From NCBI RefSeq assembly GCF_001194135.2, contig NC_068983.1, forward strand, positions 73,410,233 to 73,474,232: a DNA stretch of 64,000 nucleotides, given 5' to 3'. The stretch is from Octopus bimaculoides. Lineage: Eukaryota. The notes below the pieces were generated by a model. That model was not told where the DNA came from and did no database searches. It saw only the letters and a program-made list of their open reading frames with translations. Shown here in pieces: positions 1 to 11,394 of this stretch; positions within the stretch are counted from its first letter, which is position 1, and each line of letters begins with the position of its first letter. The translations under genes were made by a program, and so were the position numbers.

Positions 1-602
1 ATCTGCATTTAGGATCAGAACCGTTTTGAAGAACGCCAGCCTAGCAGTTTTTGGTAAGAAAACTTTGATCGTGTGCTTCCAATATGAAACCTTCAGGCTC
101 TACTTTCAGTCCTGAACTTCTCAGCCCTTGATGGGTTGTTACTTGGTCTACATCAGCATTTTGACTTCGAGGTAAACACTGTCCATGCAGAGGCTTCTGG
201 CTCCATCGCTCCTCAATTTATTACTGTCCGTTCTTTTTTGCAGTCTACTTGATCCATTTTGCGTGTTTTGTGGCAATGGTTTCAGATTCTTCATCAATTT
301 CAAAGTTAATGTCAAGTTCCCTTGCGAATTTGCAAGCTTCCTTGACAATGGAATGTGATTTTTTTGCTGCTTTCGTGTTTGCACACAAGCTGAAGCATCC
401 AGTCCTCTGTACTAGATAAGTACTTGTTCATTGCTATTGTGGAGGTCTTATAGCACAGTTCTACCTGCATCATACTTCTTCCCCCATTACTTCTAGGTAG
501 GTACAAACGATCAACATTTGCTTTTGGGTGGTGAATGTTCTTATATGTTAGTAGTTTTCTTGTCTTCTTGACCAGGCATCGGAGCTCTGTAAGATCTGTA
601 AG
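1..602 (-). mobile_element. R4/Dong-like (RLE-type) non-LTR retrotransposon, decayed post-RT (thumb/C-terminal) segment
   Basis: Minus-strand translation gives KKTRKLLTYKNIHHPKANVDRLYLPRSNGGRSM, matching the HPKA(D/N)VDRLYLPRxxGGRG motif of R4/Dong ORFs. It continues through frameshifts into KPLHGQ...EGFILEAHDQS...DPKCR at the window edge. Confidence 0.8.
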
Positions 603-604
603 AA

Positions 605-1325
605 ATAAGGGAAATGACCTAACAACCTTAAATAACCTCATCTGTTCCCCTGTTAAAGTTGAAACTGCTCACTTAGGTATCAGGACGACACGGAAAAGGA
701 CCAACCATGTCAATAGATCTTCTAAGTGGAAAGTAGCACTACAAAAAGAGATCGAATCTTTGCAGGCGGAGTTAGATGAACTTGCGAGAGGAGTAAATGT
801 TAAGACGTAAACCCTGCAACCAAGGAAATAGTGAAACAGCGTATAAAGCTGAAAGCCCAACGGCTTAGAAGGTATGATAAAAAAATAAATCTTATCCACA
901 AAACAAGACGGATGCAAAGAAATTTTATAGGGAAATTGGTAAACGTAAGATAGAAGTAAAGAAGCTACCTTAGACTAAGGAAATGGAAGAGTTCTGGAAG
1001 AAGAAATGAAGCAACAAAAAAGAATATAATGCTGAAGCTGACTGGATAGAGCATGAGAAAGTGAGACTGAAGTTGAAAAGCAGAATTGGGAGACAATAGA
1101 AGTAGAAGAGTTAAGATGTGTTCTTAGGAATTCTCACAAATGCAAAACCCCAGGACTGGACTGAATTTCTAACTTCTGACTGAATTGTTTAACAGAAGTA
1201 CACCAAAATTTCGTTGCATCTCTAATTGATATCATCCAGAACCCAACGTAAATACCTGTTTGGTTGACTGAAGGGACAACATACCTTCTACCAAAAACTG
1301 AAGAGACAAAATATTCAAAGAACTC
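605..1325 (+). mobile_element. R4/Dong-like retrotransposon, decayed pre-RT and RT N-terminal segment, inverted relative to 1-602
   Basis: Plus-strand frames give NDLTTLNNLI, KWKVALQKEIESLQAEL, DAKKFYREIG, EMEEFWKK, HKCKTPGLD*ISNF*L and IPVWLTEGTTYLLPK...SKN, typical of the RLE-clade region before and at the RT start. Several stops are present. Confidence 0.75.
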
Positions 1326-1405
1326 AGGAGCTCATGGCTTCAAAACATAGCATAGAACTCTTAAATGTTTGTTAATGTTTATTTCTCATGTAAATACCCA
1401 AACAT

Positions 1406-1623
1406 TGGCTTCAAATTTTTGTACAAGACCAGCAATTTCGGGGAAATGGAGTTAATACTTTGCAACGATCCCAGCGCTTAACTGGTACTTATTTTATCGA
1501 CCCCCAAGTGAATGAAAGAGAAAGTCAATTACGGTGGAATTTGAACTTAGAACGTAAGGGTTGGAAGAAATGCCGCTAAGCATTTTGTCCAGCATGCTAA
1601 TGAGTCTGCTAACTCGCCGCCTT
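1406..1623 (-). mobile_element. tRNA-derived SINE family A, copy 1 of a triple array
   Basis: Reverse complement of a ~215-bp unit seen more than 10 times in the window, with an A-box-like GAGCTGGCAGAATCG and B-box GAGTTCAAATTCC in the consensus. Confidence 0.85.
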
Positions 1624-1635
1624 TTACTACCTGAT

Positions 1636-1851
1636 TTCGAATTGTGGCACAAGGCCAGCAATTTCGGAGGAGGGATGTAAGTCGATTACATCAACCCCCA
1701 GCACTCAACAAATAATTTATTTCATCGACTCCGGAACGATGAAAAGCAAAGTCAACCTCGGCAGAATTTGAACTCAGAACATAAAAGAGAGATCAAATGC
1801 CGCTAAGTATTTTGTCAGGTGTACCAGCGCTTCTGCCAGGTCGCCGCGTTT
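1636..1851 (-). mobile_element. SINE family A, copy 2 of a triple array
   Basis: Same body (GTCGATTACATC...AAAGTCAACCTCGGCAGAATTTGAACTCAGAAC). Confidence 0.85.
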
Positions 1852-1865
1852 TACTACCCAAATAT

Positions 1866-2082
1866 TCCTTTCTATTATAGGCACAAGGCCTGAAATTTTG
1901 GGGGAGGACGCTAGTTAATTACATTGACCCAAGTGTTTAACTGGTACTTATTCTATTGACCCCGAAACGGATGAAAGGCAAAGTCAACCTCAGCGGAATT
2001 AGAACTCAGAACGTAAAGCCGGACGAAAAGTCGCTAAGCATTTTGCCCGGCGTGCTAACGATTCTGCTAGCTCGTCATCTTT
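1866..2082 (-). mobile_element. SINE family A, copy 3 of a triple array (different 3' tail)
   Basis: Same body; the tail reads TCCTTTCTATTATAGGCACAAGG on the + strand. Confidence 0.85.
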
Positions 2083-2714
2083 TACAACCCAAATATTAAT
2101 TATGTTTACTTCATCCCCTAGTTTCTCTCTCTTTTTTTTTTGTATTTTCTTACGTAAACATTCTCCTTTTATTCAGCTTTCTAGTAATAGTTTGATTGCG
2201 ATAGTGAGCTATGATAGAAATTTACTTTATTCCGAATATTCATATAATCGAAAATGAAATAACATTTGGAAACAAAAAAGAAAAAAAAAAGGTGGGGTGC
2301 AGAAAATAAATCGCATGTAAAAGAAAATTAGAAAAATAAGGAAATGCCATTGGATGTGCATGTTACAAAAATATATATAATATAATATAAAGACGACAGC
2401 AGTGAGGGTTGTTGAACCATAAATATAGAAGAGTGAGTGAAGGAATTACGAGTCATTGGGTTAAATGTTGAGGAAGTACTTCCGTTTCTGAATTACCGGT
2501 TTTAGAATATGAAAGAAAAGACAAGAAGGTTCTTGAAATGTTTGAAATAATTATTATGTTTTAGAGGGAGGATGTTATGAAAACTTAAACGAAAATAAAA
2601 GTAAAATGTAAGATTAAAAAAAAAAAAAGGGNNNNNNNNNNNNNNNNNNNNNNNNNNNNNNCCTTCCTATATAGAAGATGTGTAAAAAAATTATTATCCT
2701 TTGAAAGTCAACCG

Positions 2715-2754
<40 letters not shown>

Positions 2755-2974
2755 CACCATGCACACATGCACATACACACACATGCACACAAATATTCCT
2801 AGTGAGTGTATGTCCTACACGATATTCGTACTATATTATTTACTAGCAGTAAGTACTTGATGTTTGATGCAAGATCTGACAACGCGAAGCCCCTTAAGGT
2901 CACTTAATTTGCTAAAGATAGTTATCAACAAAACTTCCTCATGTTACACCCCGTCGCCCTCCAGCTAACAACGT

Positions 2975-3172
2975 GGTCGATCGACCAACTAAAAATAGTA
3001 TCTAAAATACCCCTGAAATCACCTCCACTCCATCCTCTTTAAAAAATGGACAAATCAAATAACGTAACCGCGGATTTTCCGTCTGCAGGAAAGACGGGAT
3101 AATGACAGCGTATAATGATTCTGATAATAGAACTGTTAGTTCAGGGTTGACCTTGGGCTAAACAATAACCAC
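2975..3172. repeat. Unclassified ~190-bp interspersed repeat family D
   Basis: Shares GGTCGxTCGACxxGCTAGAAATAGCAGC...AAATC start and GGGCTAAACAA end motifs with copies at about 3185, 13268, 22906, 26578, 35395, 56790 and 57170. No tRNA head seen. Confidence 0.55.
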
Positions 3173-3184
3173 GAAGGAGTGTTT

Positions 3185-3975
3185 ATGAGGCCGCTCGATC
3201 TGTTAGAAATTACGACCAAAACACCGTCAAATGACACCCGTTTCAGCTTAGAAAAGAGCCATTAGATAATATGTGCCTAGGTTTCCTTAGCTTACCAACC
3301 ATATGGTTCCGGGTTCATTCCCACTGCGTGGCAATTTGGGCAAGTGTCTTCTACTATAGCCTCGGGCCGACCAAAGCCTTGTGAGTGGATTTGGTAGACG
3401 GAAACTGAAAGAAGCCCGTCGTATATATGTATATATATATATGTGTATATGTATGTGTGTGTATATGTTTGTGTGTCTGTGTTTGTCCCCCCAACATCGC
3501 TTGATAACCGATGGTGGTGTGTTTACGTCCCCGTAACTTAGCGGTTCGGCAAAAAGAGACCGATAGAATAAGTACTAGGCTTCAAAAAGAATAAGTCCTN
3601 NNNNNNNNNAGACGGAAACTGAAAGAAGCCCGTCGTATATATGTATATATATATATGTGTATATGTATGTGTGTGTATATGTTTGTGTGTCTGTGTTTGT
3701 CCCCCCAACATCGCTTGATAACCGATGGTGGTGTGTTTACGTCCCCGTAACTTAGCGGTTCGGCAAAAAGAGACCGATAGAATAAGTACTAGGCTTCAAA
3801 AAGAATAAGTCCTGGGGTTGATTTGCTCGACTAAAAAGGCGGTGCTCCAGCATGGCCACAGTCAAATGACTGAAACAAGTAAAAGAGTAAGGAGTAAAGA
3901 GTATAGGAAAAAGGCAGGATAGTCACAGCTGGAAGGATTTTGATCAAACTTATGAAGGCTGACTTAGGGCTAAAC
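3185..3975. repeat. Family D copy split by an inserted family B SINE
   Basis: The D 5' half (GCTCGATCTGTTAGAAATTACG...TTAGATAATATG) is at 3185-3285 and the D 3' half (GGATAGTCACAGCTGGAAGG...TTAGGGCTAAAC) is at 3905-3975. Confidence 0.5.
3287..3904 (+). mobile_element. tRNA-derived SINE family B (5'-truncated; inflated by a duplicated segment at the 10-N gap)
   Basis: B-box GGTTCATTCCC, GGGCAAGTGTCTTCT core, internal (TA/TG)n tract and AAAGAGT tail; matches minus-strand copies at 45570 and 60345. Confidence 0.85.
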
Positions 3976-4478
3976 CTTCATTGTTCTGTGAATCCTTAAA
4001 AAGCATCCGTAAGAGCTGAAACTGATACACCTAAATAGACACACCTGATTACAAAGTTCTACATGCATGACTAAATTCTGAACAATAACACAGTTCCAAA
4101 TTTGATCAATAAAGAAATCTTCCATAATATTTTAACATCTAAACTTACCCTACAACCTAATTATCCTTCAACAGAGCTCCACTAGCCTCAACATAATTAA
4201 ACTTAATAGAGATTATATTTAAAAAACTAAGATGAACTCAAATGTCCCACAGTCTGATGAAGGCTAAGCTGGCTGAACGTTCGAAGTTACTGTCAATACT
4301 ATTCTTGTCAAAGAATATTAGATATGTACGCTACAAAAGTAGTGAGTAATCCTTCAGTTTAACGTAAAATTGTTTTTAGTATAACTCGATATAAAAACAA
4401 AAATTAATATATATTATGTGTGTGTGTGTGTGTATGTGTGTGTGTGTGATAGATCGAAAGATAGGTAGACAGACACGC

Positions 4479-4525
<47 letters not shown>

Positions 4526-4979
4526 TAGATAGAAATGTACTGCTTTATTTTTTACTTCCCCACCTGCAGCGTAATAGAAATGTCTGATCTATGCGGTGGG
4601 ATCATTAGTATTGAAAGTAATATAAAACAGTGGTTAATGTGTTATATAAAACAGCAACGGAAAGTTACATGAAACAGAAATACATGGAGTTAAAATATAT
4701 TTCAAATTGTCAAAATTGATAAGAGCAAGATACATAAATACGTTCGCAGAAATGCATTATACAAATGTTCATGTCTTAATGTGCATTTAATAATTCATGT
4801 GTAGAAAATGGATTTTGTGAATTACAATTCCTTAGAACTTTATGTATAAGGAAAGAAAATACACATACTTTTGATTTATTACTTTACAGCTCGTATTGCG
4901 TTTAGATGAATGAGTGTTCCATATGAAGTAGAGATTCTAATACTGCAACGGAGGTCTTAGGATGAGTTAGAGAAAGCTG

Positions 4980-5160
4980 CGTATGTTGCAATGGCTCATA
5001 ACTACAAGCTGAGCAAGGTGCAATGATTTGTAGTCTGTACCAGCAGTGTGCATTGCAATGGTTTGTAAACCGTAAGCTGCAATTGCTTGTGGCTTGTAGC
5101 TGTAGTGTAAGCTGCAGTGGCTTGTAACTATCAGCTGTATAAACAATAAATGCTTTTGGC
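4980..5160. repeat. Degenerate short-period tandem array (GCAATGGCTTGTAACT..AAGCT-like units)
   Basis: Recurrent GCAATGG, GCTTGT and AAGCTG motifs at roughly 20-25 bp spacing. Confidence 0.4.
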
Positions 5161-6010
5161 ATGTAACTATAGCATATCCGTTTGAATTCGTTTGCACTGT
5201 GCTCAGAACGAATGATGTATGAGCTGTAAAATTCTAATCAAGCTGTGTTTTTTTAGCAACTGGCTGCTTAGACGGTTACTGTTATGATTACTGTTAGCAA
5301 AAGGGCTATTATGAGCTGGCGGTAAAAGCTCGAATAATGAATAACTTACTTCACTAGTAACATATCTGTCAGTCTGTGTAAAAGCATTTTTCTTTTATAA
5401 TACATATTAGAACTGTCTATTGTTCAGATGAGGCCCCCTCCTGAGCGAATAACTTACTTCTTTGTTTAAAAATAATATACAGTTCTATATTTAAGAGATG
5501 GGGAATAACAACAAACAAGATGAGGACAAATATTCGTCGAATATAAATAATGTAAATAATGTAAGTAATAAAAATAATATATATCTGTCAAGTCATGTTC
5601 AAATCTTAAAACAAGTAGTTTGGCGTTAAATACTTCAAACATCTTCACGAACAAATTAAGTAGCTAGCAACGGAAGGTTTACCAACGTATATAGCTGTTG
5701 CTAATAATGCTGATATATGTCAGTTACTGAAAATGGCGAGGCAGTTGATTTTAGTACATATTAACAAGTAGTTAAACGTTGGAGTCGCCAGTTTAACAAC
5801 TTTGAAAAAGGAAAAGCATNNNNNNNNNNNNNNNNNNNNNNNNNNNNNNNNNNNNNNNNNNNNNNNNNNNNNNNNNNNNNNNNNNNNNNNNNNNNNNNNN
5901 NNNNNNNNNNNNNNNNNNNNNNNNNNNNNNNNNNNNNNNNNNNNNNNNNNNNNNNNNNNNNNNNNNNNNNNNNNNNNNATATATATATAAATAAAGTAAA
6001 AGCAGCTCGC

Positions 6011-7129
6011 ATCTTTTCAATTTCAGTCACAGATTTTTTAATTATTTTTTTTTTTTTTTAACTAAACAGTTTGAAACTTCGGATACTGGTTGGATGTGGC
6101 ACGTAGAACACGGTTTACTCTTAACGTTTTTGACAAAATTTTATATTTTAGAAGTTATTTCGTGTTAAAGTTGTCGTATTTGGGTAATTTTAACCAATCA
6201 ATGACGTGTATTCAGCTGAAGAAAGTTACTGCTGTTTGCGAAAGTGATGGAAGAGCAACAACTTCCGGGTCATCGGGTCATGGAAGAGAGAGAGAGAGAG
6301 AGTTGGGAGAAAAGTGTAAAAGATAAGAAAGGTGAATGAGAAAAACAGAAAGTTCATTTATAGGGTATACATACGTGTGTGTGTGTGTGTGCGTGTACAT
6401 TTTTTTCATCTTGTCCAATGTATCCTCTCGTTTATATAATGTTAATGTGTGACATTGAGAGAGATTTGAGTGTTATTTTCAGCAAATCGTAGAGAGAAAG
6501 AGAGAGAGAGAGAGAAGGGGGAGAGAACGGAGAGAGTGGCGGTGTGTTGACGATCTGAACGAGAGCTTATATAAACTTACCAACCTCCTACCACTGCATA
6601 TTAATTTATTAAACCCTCTCATTTTCCTTGCTTCCATTCGGGGTTTTATCAGCTTTACATATGAATGTGTGTGAGTGTGTGTGATGGATAGCACGAACAA
6701 CTTCTCCCTCCTTAAAGCTATGTATTCCTCACACCCACTTCCCTTTCTTTTCCTCAGCGTTCTAAAAATTGCATGTGTGTGTATGTATTGGTGTGTGCGT
6801 GTGTGTGTCTGTATACGTATACATGTGTCTGTATTTACGTAAATATATGTATGCAGCGTCCAAAACAGATGACCCGATGACTCGGATGTTGCTGCTCTTC
6901 CATTACTTTCGCAAACAGCAGTAACTTTCTTCAGCGGAATACACGTCATTGATTGGTTAAAATTACCCAAATACGACAACTTTAACACGAAATAACTTCT
7001 AAAATACAAAATTTTGTCAAAAACATTCTACGTGTTCTACGTGACACATTCAACCAGTATCCTAAGTTTCAAACTATTTAGTTAATAAAAATTAATTAAA
7101 AAATCTGTGTCTGAGATTAAAAAGATCCA
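6011..7129. mobile_element. Non-autonomous long-TIR DNA element (~1.1 kb, ~260-270-bp inverted arms)
   Basis: 6011-6280 is the reverse complement of 6871-7129 at high identity. The arms are homologous to the TTAGGG-bearing ends at 20748-21058 and 27117-27431. The interior is microsatellite-rich and non-coding. Confidence 0.75.
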
Positions 7130-7224
7130 ACAGGGATAGTTCTCGTATAATAAATATTAAGTACATATATACTAATATATATGCTCTGTGCATTTTCCGG
7201 TGGCTGGAATGGCGCAGCGGAGTA

Positions 7225-7345
7225 TTTAACTCTCATGTCACCTGAGTTAAAATACCTAAAAGTCATGGACAGGCGAGATAACTCACCCTCAATCCCATTT
7301 GGGAGTGATGGATATCGATGTTTCGCTATTTTTGTAGTTTTTCAA
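7225..7345 (+). repeat. Unclassified repeat family E
   Basis: GTTAAAATACCTAAAAGTCATGGACAGGCGAGATAACTCAC...ATATCGATGTTTC matches about 32940, 33225 and 59500. Confidence 0.6.
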
Positions 7346-8694
7346 CATCACGCACTCACCTGGCTCTATGGCGAGTCACCTAGCCAGTCCAACGACTTAT
7401 ATTCTCATGGCTTGTAAAATCATGTATGTATGTATGCATGTATGTATATATANNNNNNNNNNNNNNNNNNNNNNNNNNNNNNNNNNNNNNNNNNNNNNNN
7501 NNNNNNNNNNNNNNNNNNNNNNNNNNNNNNNNNNNNNNNNNNNNNNNNNNNNNNNNNNNNNNNNNNNNNNNNNNNNNNNNNNNNNNNNATATATATATAT
7601 ATAATATTTGTATATTTAATTCACTTTTATGTCACAGTAAGATCAACAAAAAATATTCCATCAGATGAAAGATAAATATTGTTTAATGGACACAATACAT
7701 AGTTATGAGCTACTAATAGTCTCATACAGTGGAGGTGTTGTCTAGACAGGTTTTAATAACAAGCCTAGTGTCTCCAAGCAATCTCGGGCTCTGAGCACAT
7801 GGCGTATACAAGTTACAAATCAAGAAAATAGAACAAGAGAAATCACGAAAAAAAAAAGGAGACAAAGGTGGATGCAAAAACTGGAAGGGTGTAAAAAAAC
7901 AAGAAAAGAAAGGGAAAATGAAAGAGAATTAGAGTTATGTTCCCTTTGCCCATAAAGACATAAGACTAATTGGTGTAGAACCAACAGAAGGTGTCTAAAG
8001 TCAGCAACGCAGCTGCTCAATCCAGAGAGAGTGCTGTTCTCTATTTCGGCAAAAATGTATTTACGACGGGTTTCTTTAGTTTCCGTCTACCAAATCTATT
8101 CCAAAGGTTTTACCCAAGGTGCCATGCGGTGGAACTGATTCCAGAACCATGTGAAAATAACGTAATGGCTGTGTTCTAAACTTAACATTTATCAACTTAT
8201 TTACTAATATGTCTGAGTTAAAGTGTCTTTAGCGTCTCTTAAATATACAAATCATCTTACTGTTGTGTAAAAAAGACTTGCCAGTGAACAGGCTGAATTA
8301 TTAGGGTGTCAAAGAAAATTCCCAGCTTTGCTGAACATATAAGAGAAAAATCAGTTGAAAAACATGGGAGTTCCTTTCATCCTGTTCTGAGGTGACAGCT
8401 TAATAAGTCCGAAGAGCTTTCGCTAACATTCCAAAGTGAAAACTCGAACAAGATTAGGCCTTTTAATTATATAATTCAGGTGGAATTCCTTTCTTAGTGG
8501 CAACTCTGTGAAAAGGGTCTGTTCAGTAGCTAAGTCCAAGCACATTAATAACTACTATTTGAAAATTTTAAGGTTACTGGACGCTTATTGAATACCATGA
8601 TATATACTTTCTTTTGTCAAATTGTAGTTTTTCTGAAGCGTTCGTTTCTTGAGATTGTGTGAATCCATATAGGTGGTATTGAATATGCAAACAT

Positions 8695-8920
8695 AGAAGA
8701 GAACATCTTTGAAAACAATATTCTTTGATATACACTTGTTACCTTCACTCTAGAAAGAGCTACATATAATTTTCCATGAGAAAATACTAGTTCACTTCTC
8801 TTTGATTTTCAGTTGTAGCTAATGCTATTAAAATTATTGGAAATATGTTGAAAGAAAAATGTATAAAGCAAATGCTTGAAATACTCTTTACTATAGAACG
8901 AAAAGAAGACATTATCATCT
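8695..8920 (-). mobile_element. Helitron RepHel PIF1-type helicase C-terminal relic
   Basis: The minus strand encodes ELVFSHGKLYVALSRV (VFSHG...SRV at 8787-8746), followed after a frameshift by KNIVFKDVL (8725-8699). These match the Helitron C-terminal motifs VFSHGQLYVALSRV and KNIVYKEVL. Confidence 0.75.
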
Positions 8921-9232
8921 ATGATATTATTCTATAATGGTGCGACTAAATTAATAACACCTTAACAAATCTTAATTCTTTCTACTGTGTCTTAATTTCA
9001 TATTAGAGAAAAGTGGAGGTGTATTTAGTCGGGGGATCTTGTGTAGGTCTTTTGATTTTAAGTGTCTCATGACTTCTGCTCCAAATTCCAGGCTGGTTTT
9101 CTTAATGGTTTCGCCTCGTACCTAGAATTATTCCTTACCCATCTAGGGCAGTGCATTTCACTATCCTCCTGATGTTCGATTTCGGTAGCTCATCCACCAC
9201 TGTCGCCTTCGCCACTGCTCAGAATGTCACTT

Positions 9233-9299
<67 letters not shown>

Positions 9300-9590
9300 G
9301 TAAGTAAAATTAGAAGAGAAGCGAAATGTTTATCCCATTTGTTGACAGCTGTTTCATAACCTGTATCCAGTTGCATTAGCGGCATTAAAACGTCCAACAC
9401 ACATATAAATATACATATAGATGCACACATTTACATATATGTGTTGTTACATAATGAATTAGATCATCAGAACATTTCGTAAGTCATGAGCTGTAATCAT
9501 TTAGCTCAGATACAGATGCAATAAATATTTCAACTCTCACTTCTCTAATTATATTAATTATTATATGCTCTCCAGCTGATTGATTTTCCA

Positions 9591-10502
9591 AAATAAATAA
9601 ATATACAGATAAATAAAGATAAAAAAATCCGGAGGCGAAAGAAATTCTTTTCTCTTCTGGCCTTAAAGGTGTTAATATTGATTTGTCTTATCTTAGCAAT
9701 GGAAAATTTCACGTTCTTTCGTCACTGTCACTGTTTTGTCTTCATTGATAGCCAAATACCCGGTAGAGAGGTTACTGTGAGCTCTGATTCTATGAATCCT
9801 TGTTTGCACGCGCGCAGGTATGTGTGTGAGTGTGCGCGCGCGTTTTAGTTTTAGAGAAATGCTCATAGCTGATATTGCAGGGTGATATTTTCCCCTCAGC
9901 GTCTATTCCTATCACAAAAATTCCCAAGCAGGGTTATTGGTGACATGCGTGTCGTAGTGTCGCCATAACTGACTTAGAATTATTTTAGTCGACTTCAGCA
10001 CGATTCGAACTCAGACCGCAAAGGTACTTTGGTGGATACAGCAAGGCATTTTGTTACTCATTTTGTAACTCATAAATGATTTCTAACTTTATCACACGGC
10101 TATAAATTTGTAAGGAAGGAAGATAGTCGATTTAATTAACCACCGATACGTCGTTAGTGTTCCGAGAAAAAACTTACATTACCAATAGCGGACATGAATT
10201 TACGACTCTTGGACAAGAGACGATAACTTATTCACTCAGCTATTATTGTTTACTCCACAAACACCAAAGCTTAACTTAACTGAAGATGTGTTCTTGTAGA
10301 AAAAAATAAATACATAAATAATATAAAAAATAAAAATAAAGAGTAAAAATACTAAAGAAACATTTCACTCACATACTAAAATAAATAAATATATAGATAA
10401 ATAAAAATAAAAAAAAAATCTGGAGGCAAAAGAAATTCTTTTCTCTTCTGGCTTTAAAGGTGTTAATATTGATTTGTCTTATCTTAGCAATGGAAAATTT
10501 CA
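9591..10502 (+). repeat. ~120-bp direct repeat pair (9591-9711 and 10378-10502)
   Basis: Near-identical AAAGAAATTCTTTTCTCTTCTGGC..TAAAGGTGTTAATATTGATTTGTCTTATCTTAGCAATGGAAAATTTCA at both sites. Confidence 0.85.
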
Positions 10503-10655
10503 TGAAATAATGATAGAAAAATGGTAGAAAGTTAATTTGTGTGTGTACTTGTGTGTGTCTGTGTGCGCACCGGTGTGTGCGTGCTGGTATATACGTGTAT
10601 GTATGTATGTATATATGTATGTATGTGTGTGTGTATGTGTGCGTGTGTATGTATG

Positions 10656-10706
<51 letters not shown>

Positions 10707-11228
10707 NNNNNNNNNNNNNNNNNNNNNNNNNNNNNNNNNNNNNNNNNNNNNNNNNNNNNNNNNNNNNNNNNNNNNNNNNNNNNNNNNNNNNNNNNNNNNN
10801 NNNNNNNNNNNNNNNNNNNNNNNNNNNNNNNNNNNNNNNNNNNNNNNNNNNNNNNNNNNNNNNNNNNNNNNNNNNNNNNNNNNNNNNNNNNNNNNNNNNN
10901 NNNNNNNNNNNNNNNNNNNNNNNNNNNNNNNNNNNNNNNNNNNNNNNNNNNNNNNNNNNNNNNNNNNNNNNNNNNNNNNNNNNNNNNNNNNNNNNNNNNN
11001 NNNNNNNNNNNNNNNNNNNNNNNNNNNNNNNNNNNNNNNNNNNNNNNNNNNNNNNNNNNNNNNNNNNNNNNNNNNNNNNNNNNNNNNNNNNNNNNNNNNN
11101 NNNNNNNNNNNNNNNNNNNNNNNNNNNNNNNNNNNNNNNNNNNNNNNNNNNNNNNNNNNNNNNNNNNNNNNNNNNNNNNNNNNNNNNNNNNNNNNNNNNN
11201 NNNNNNNNNNNNNNNNNNNNNNNNNNNN

Positions 11229-11274
<46 letters not shown>

Positions 11275-11355
11275 TGCGTGTGTGTGTGTGAGTGCGCGCG
11301 CGTACATAGATTTACTCACACACGCATAATATGCACACATACATGTACAGAAACA

Positions 11356-11394
<39 letters not shown>

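Noticed and set aside
990-1185. TGG-to-TGA stops in the LINE as deaminase hypermutation
   Set aside because: Only two or three events, compatible with ordinary neutral decay.
1406-2082. CRISPR-like or regularly spaced repeat array
   Set aside because: The units are ~215-bp SINEs in a eukaryotic context, with no short repeat-spacer structure or cas genes.
3396-3813. Perfect 204-bp tandem duplication within SINE-B (3396-3599 and 3610-3813)
   Set aside because: The copies are identical, including private variants, and flank a 10-N gap, so this is almost certainly an unmerged contig overlap.
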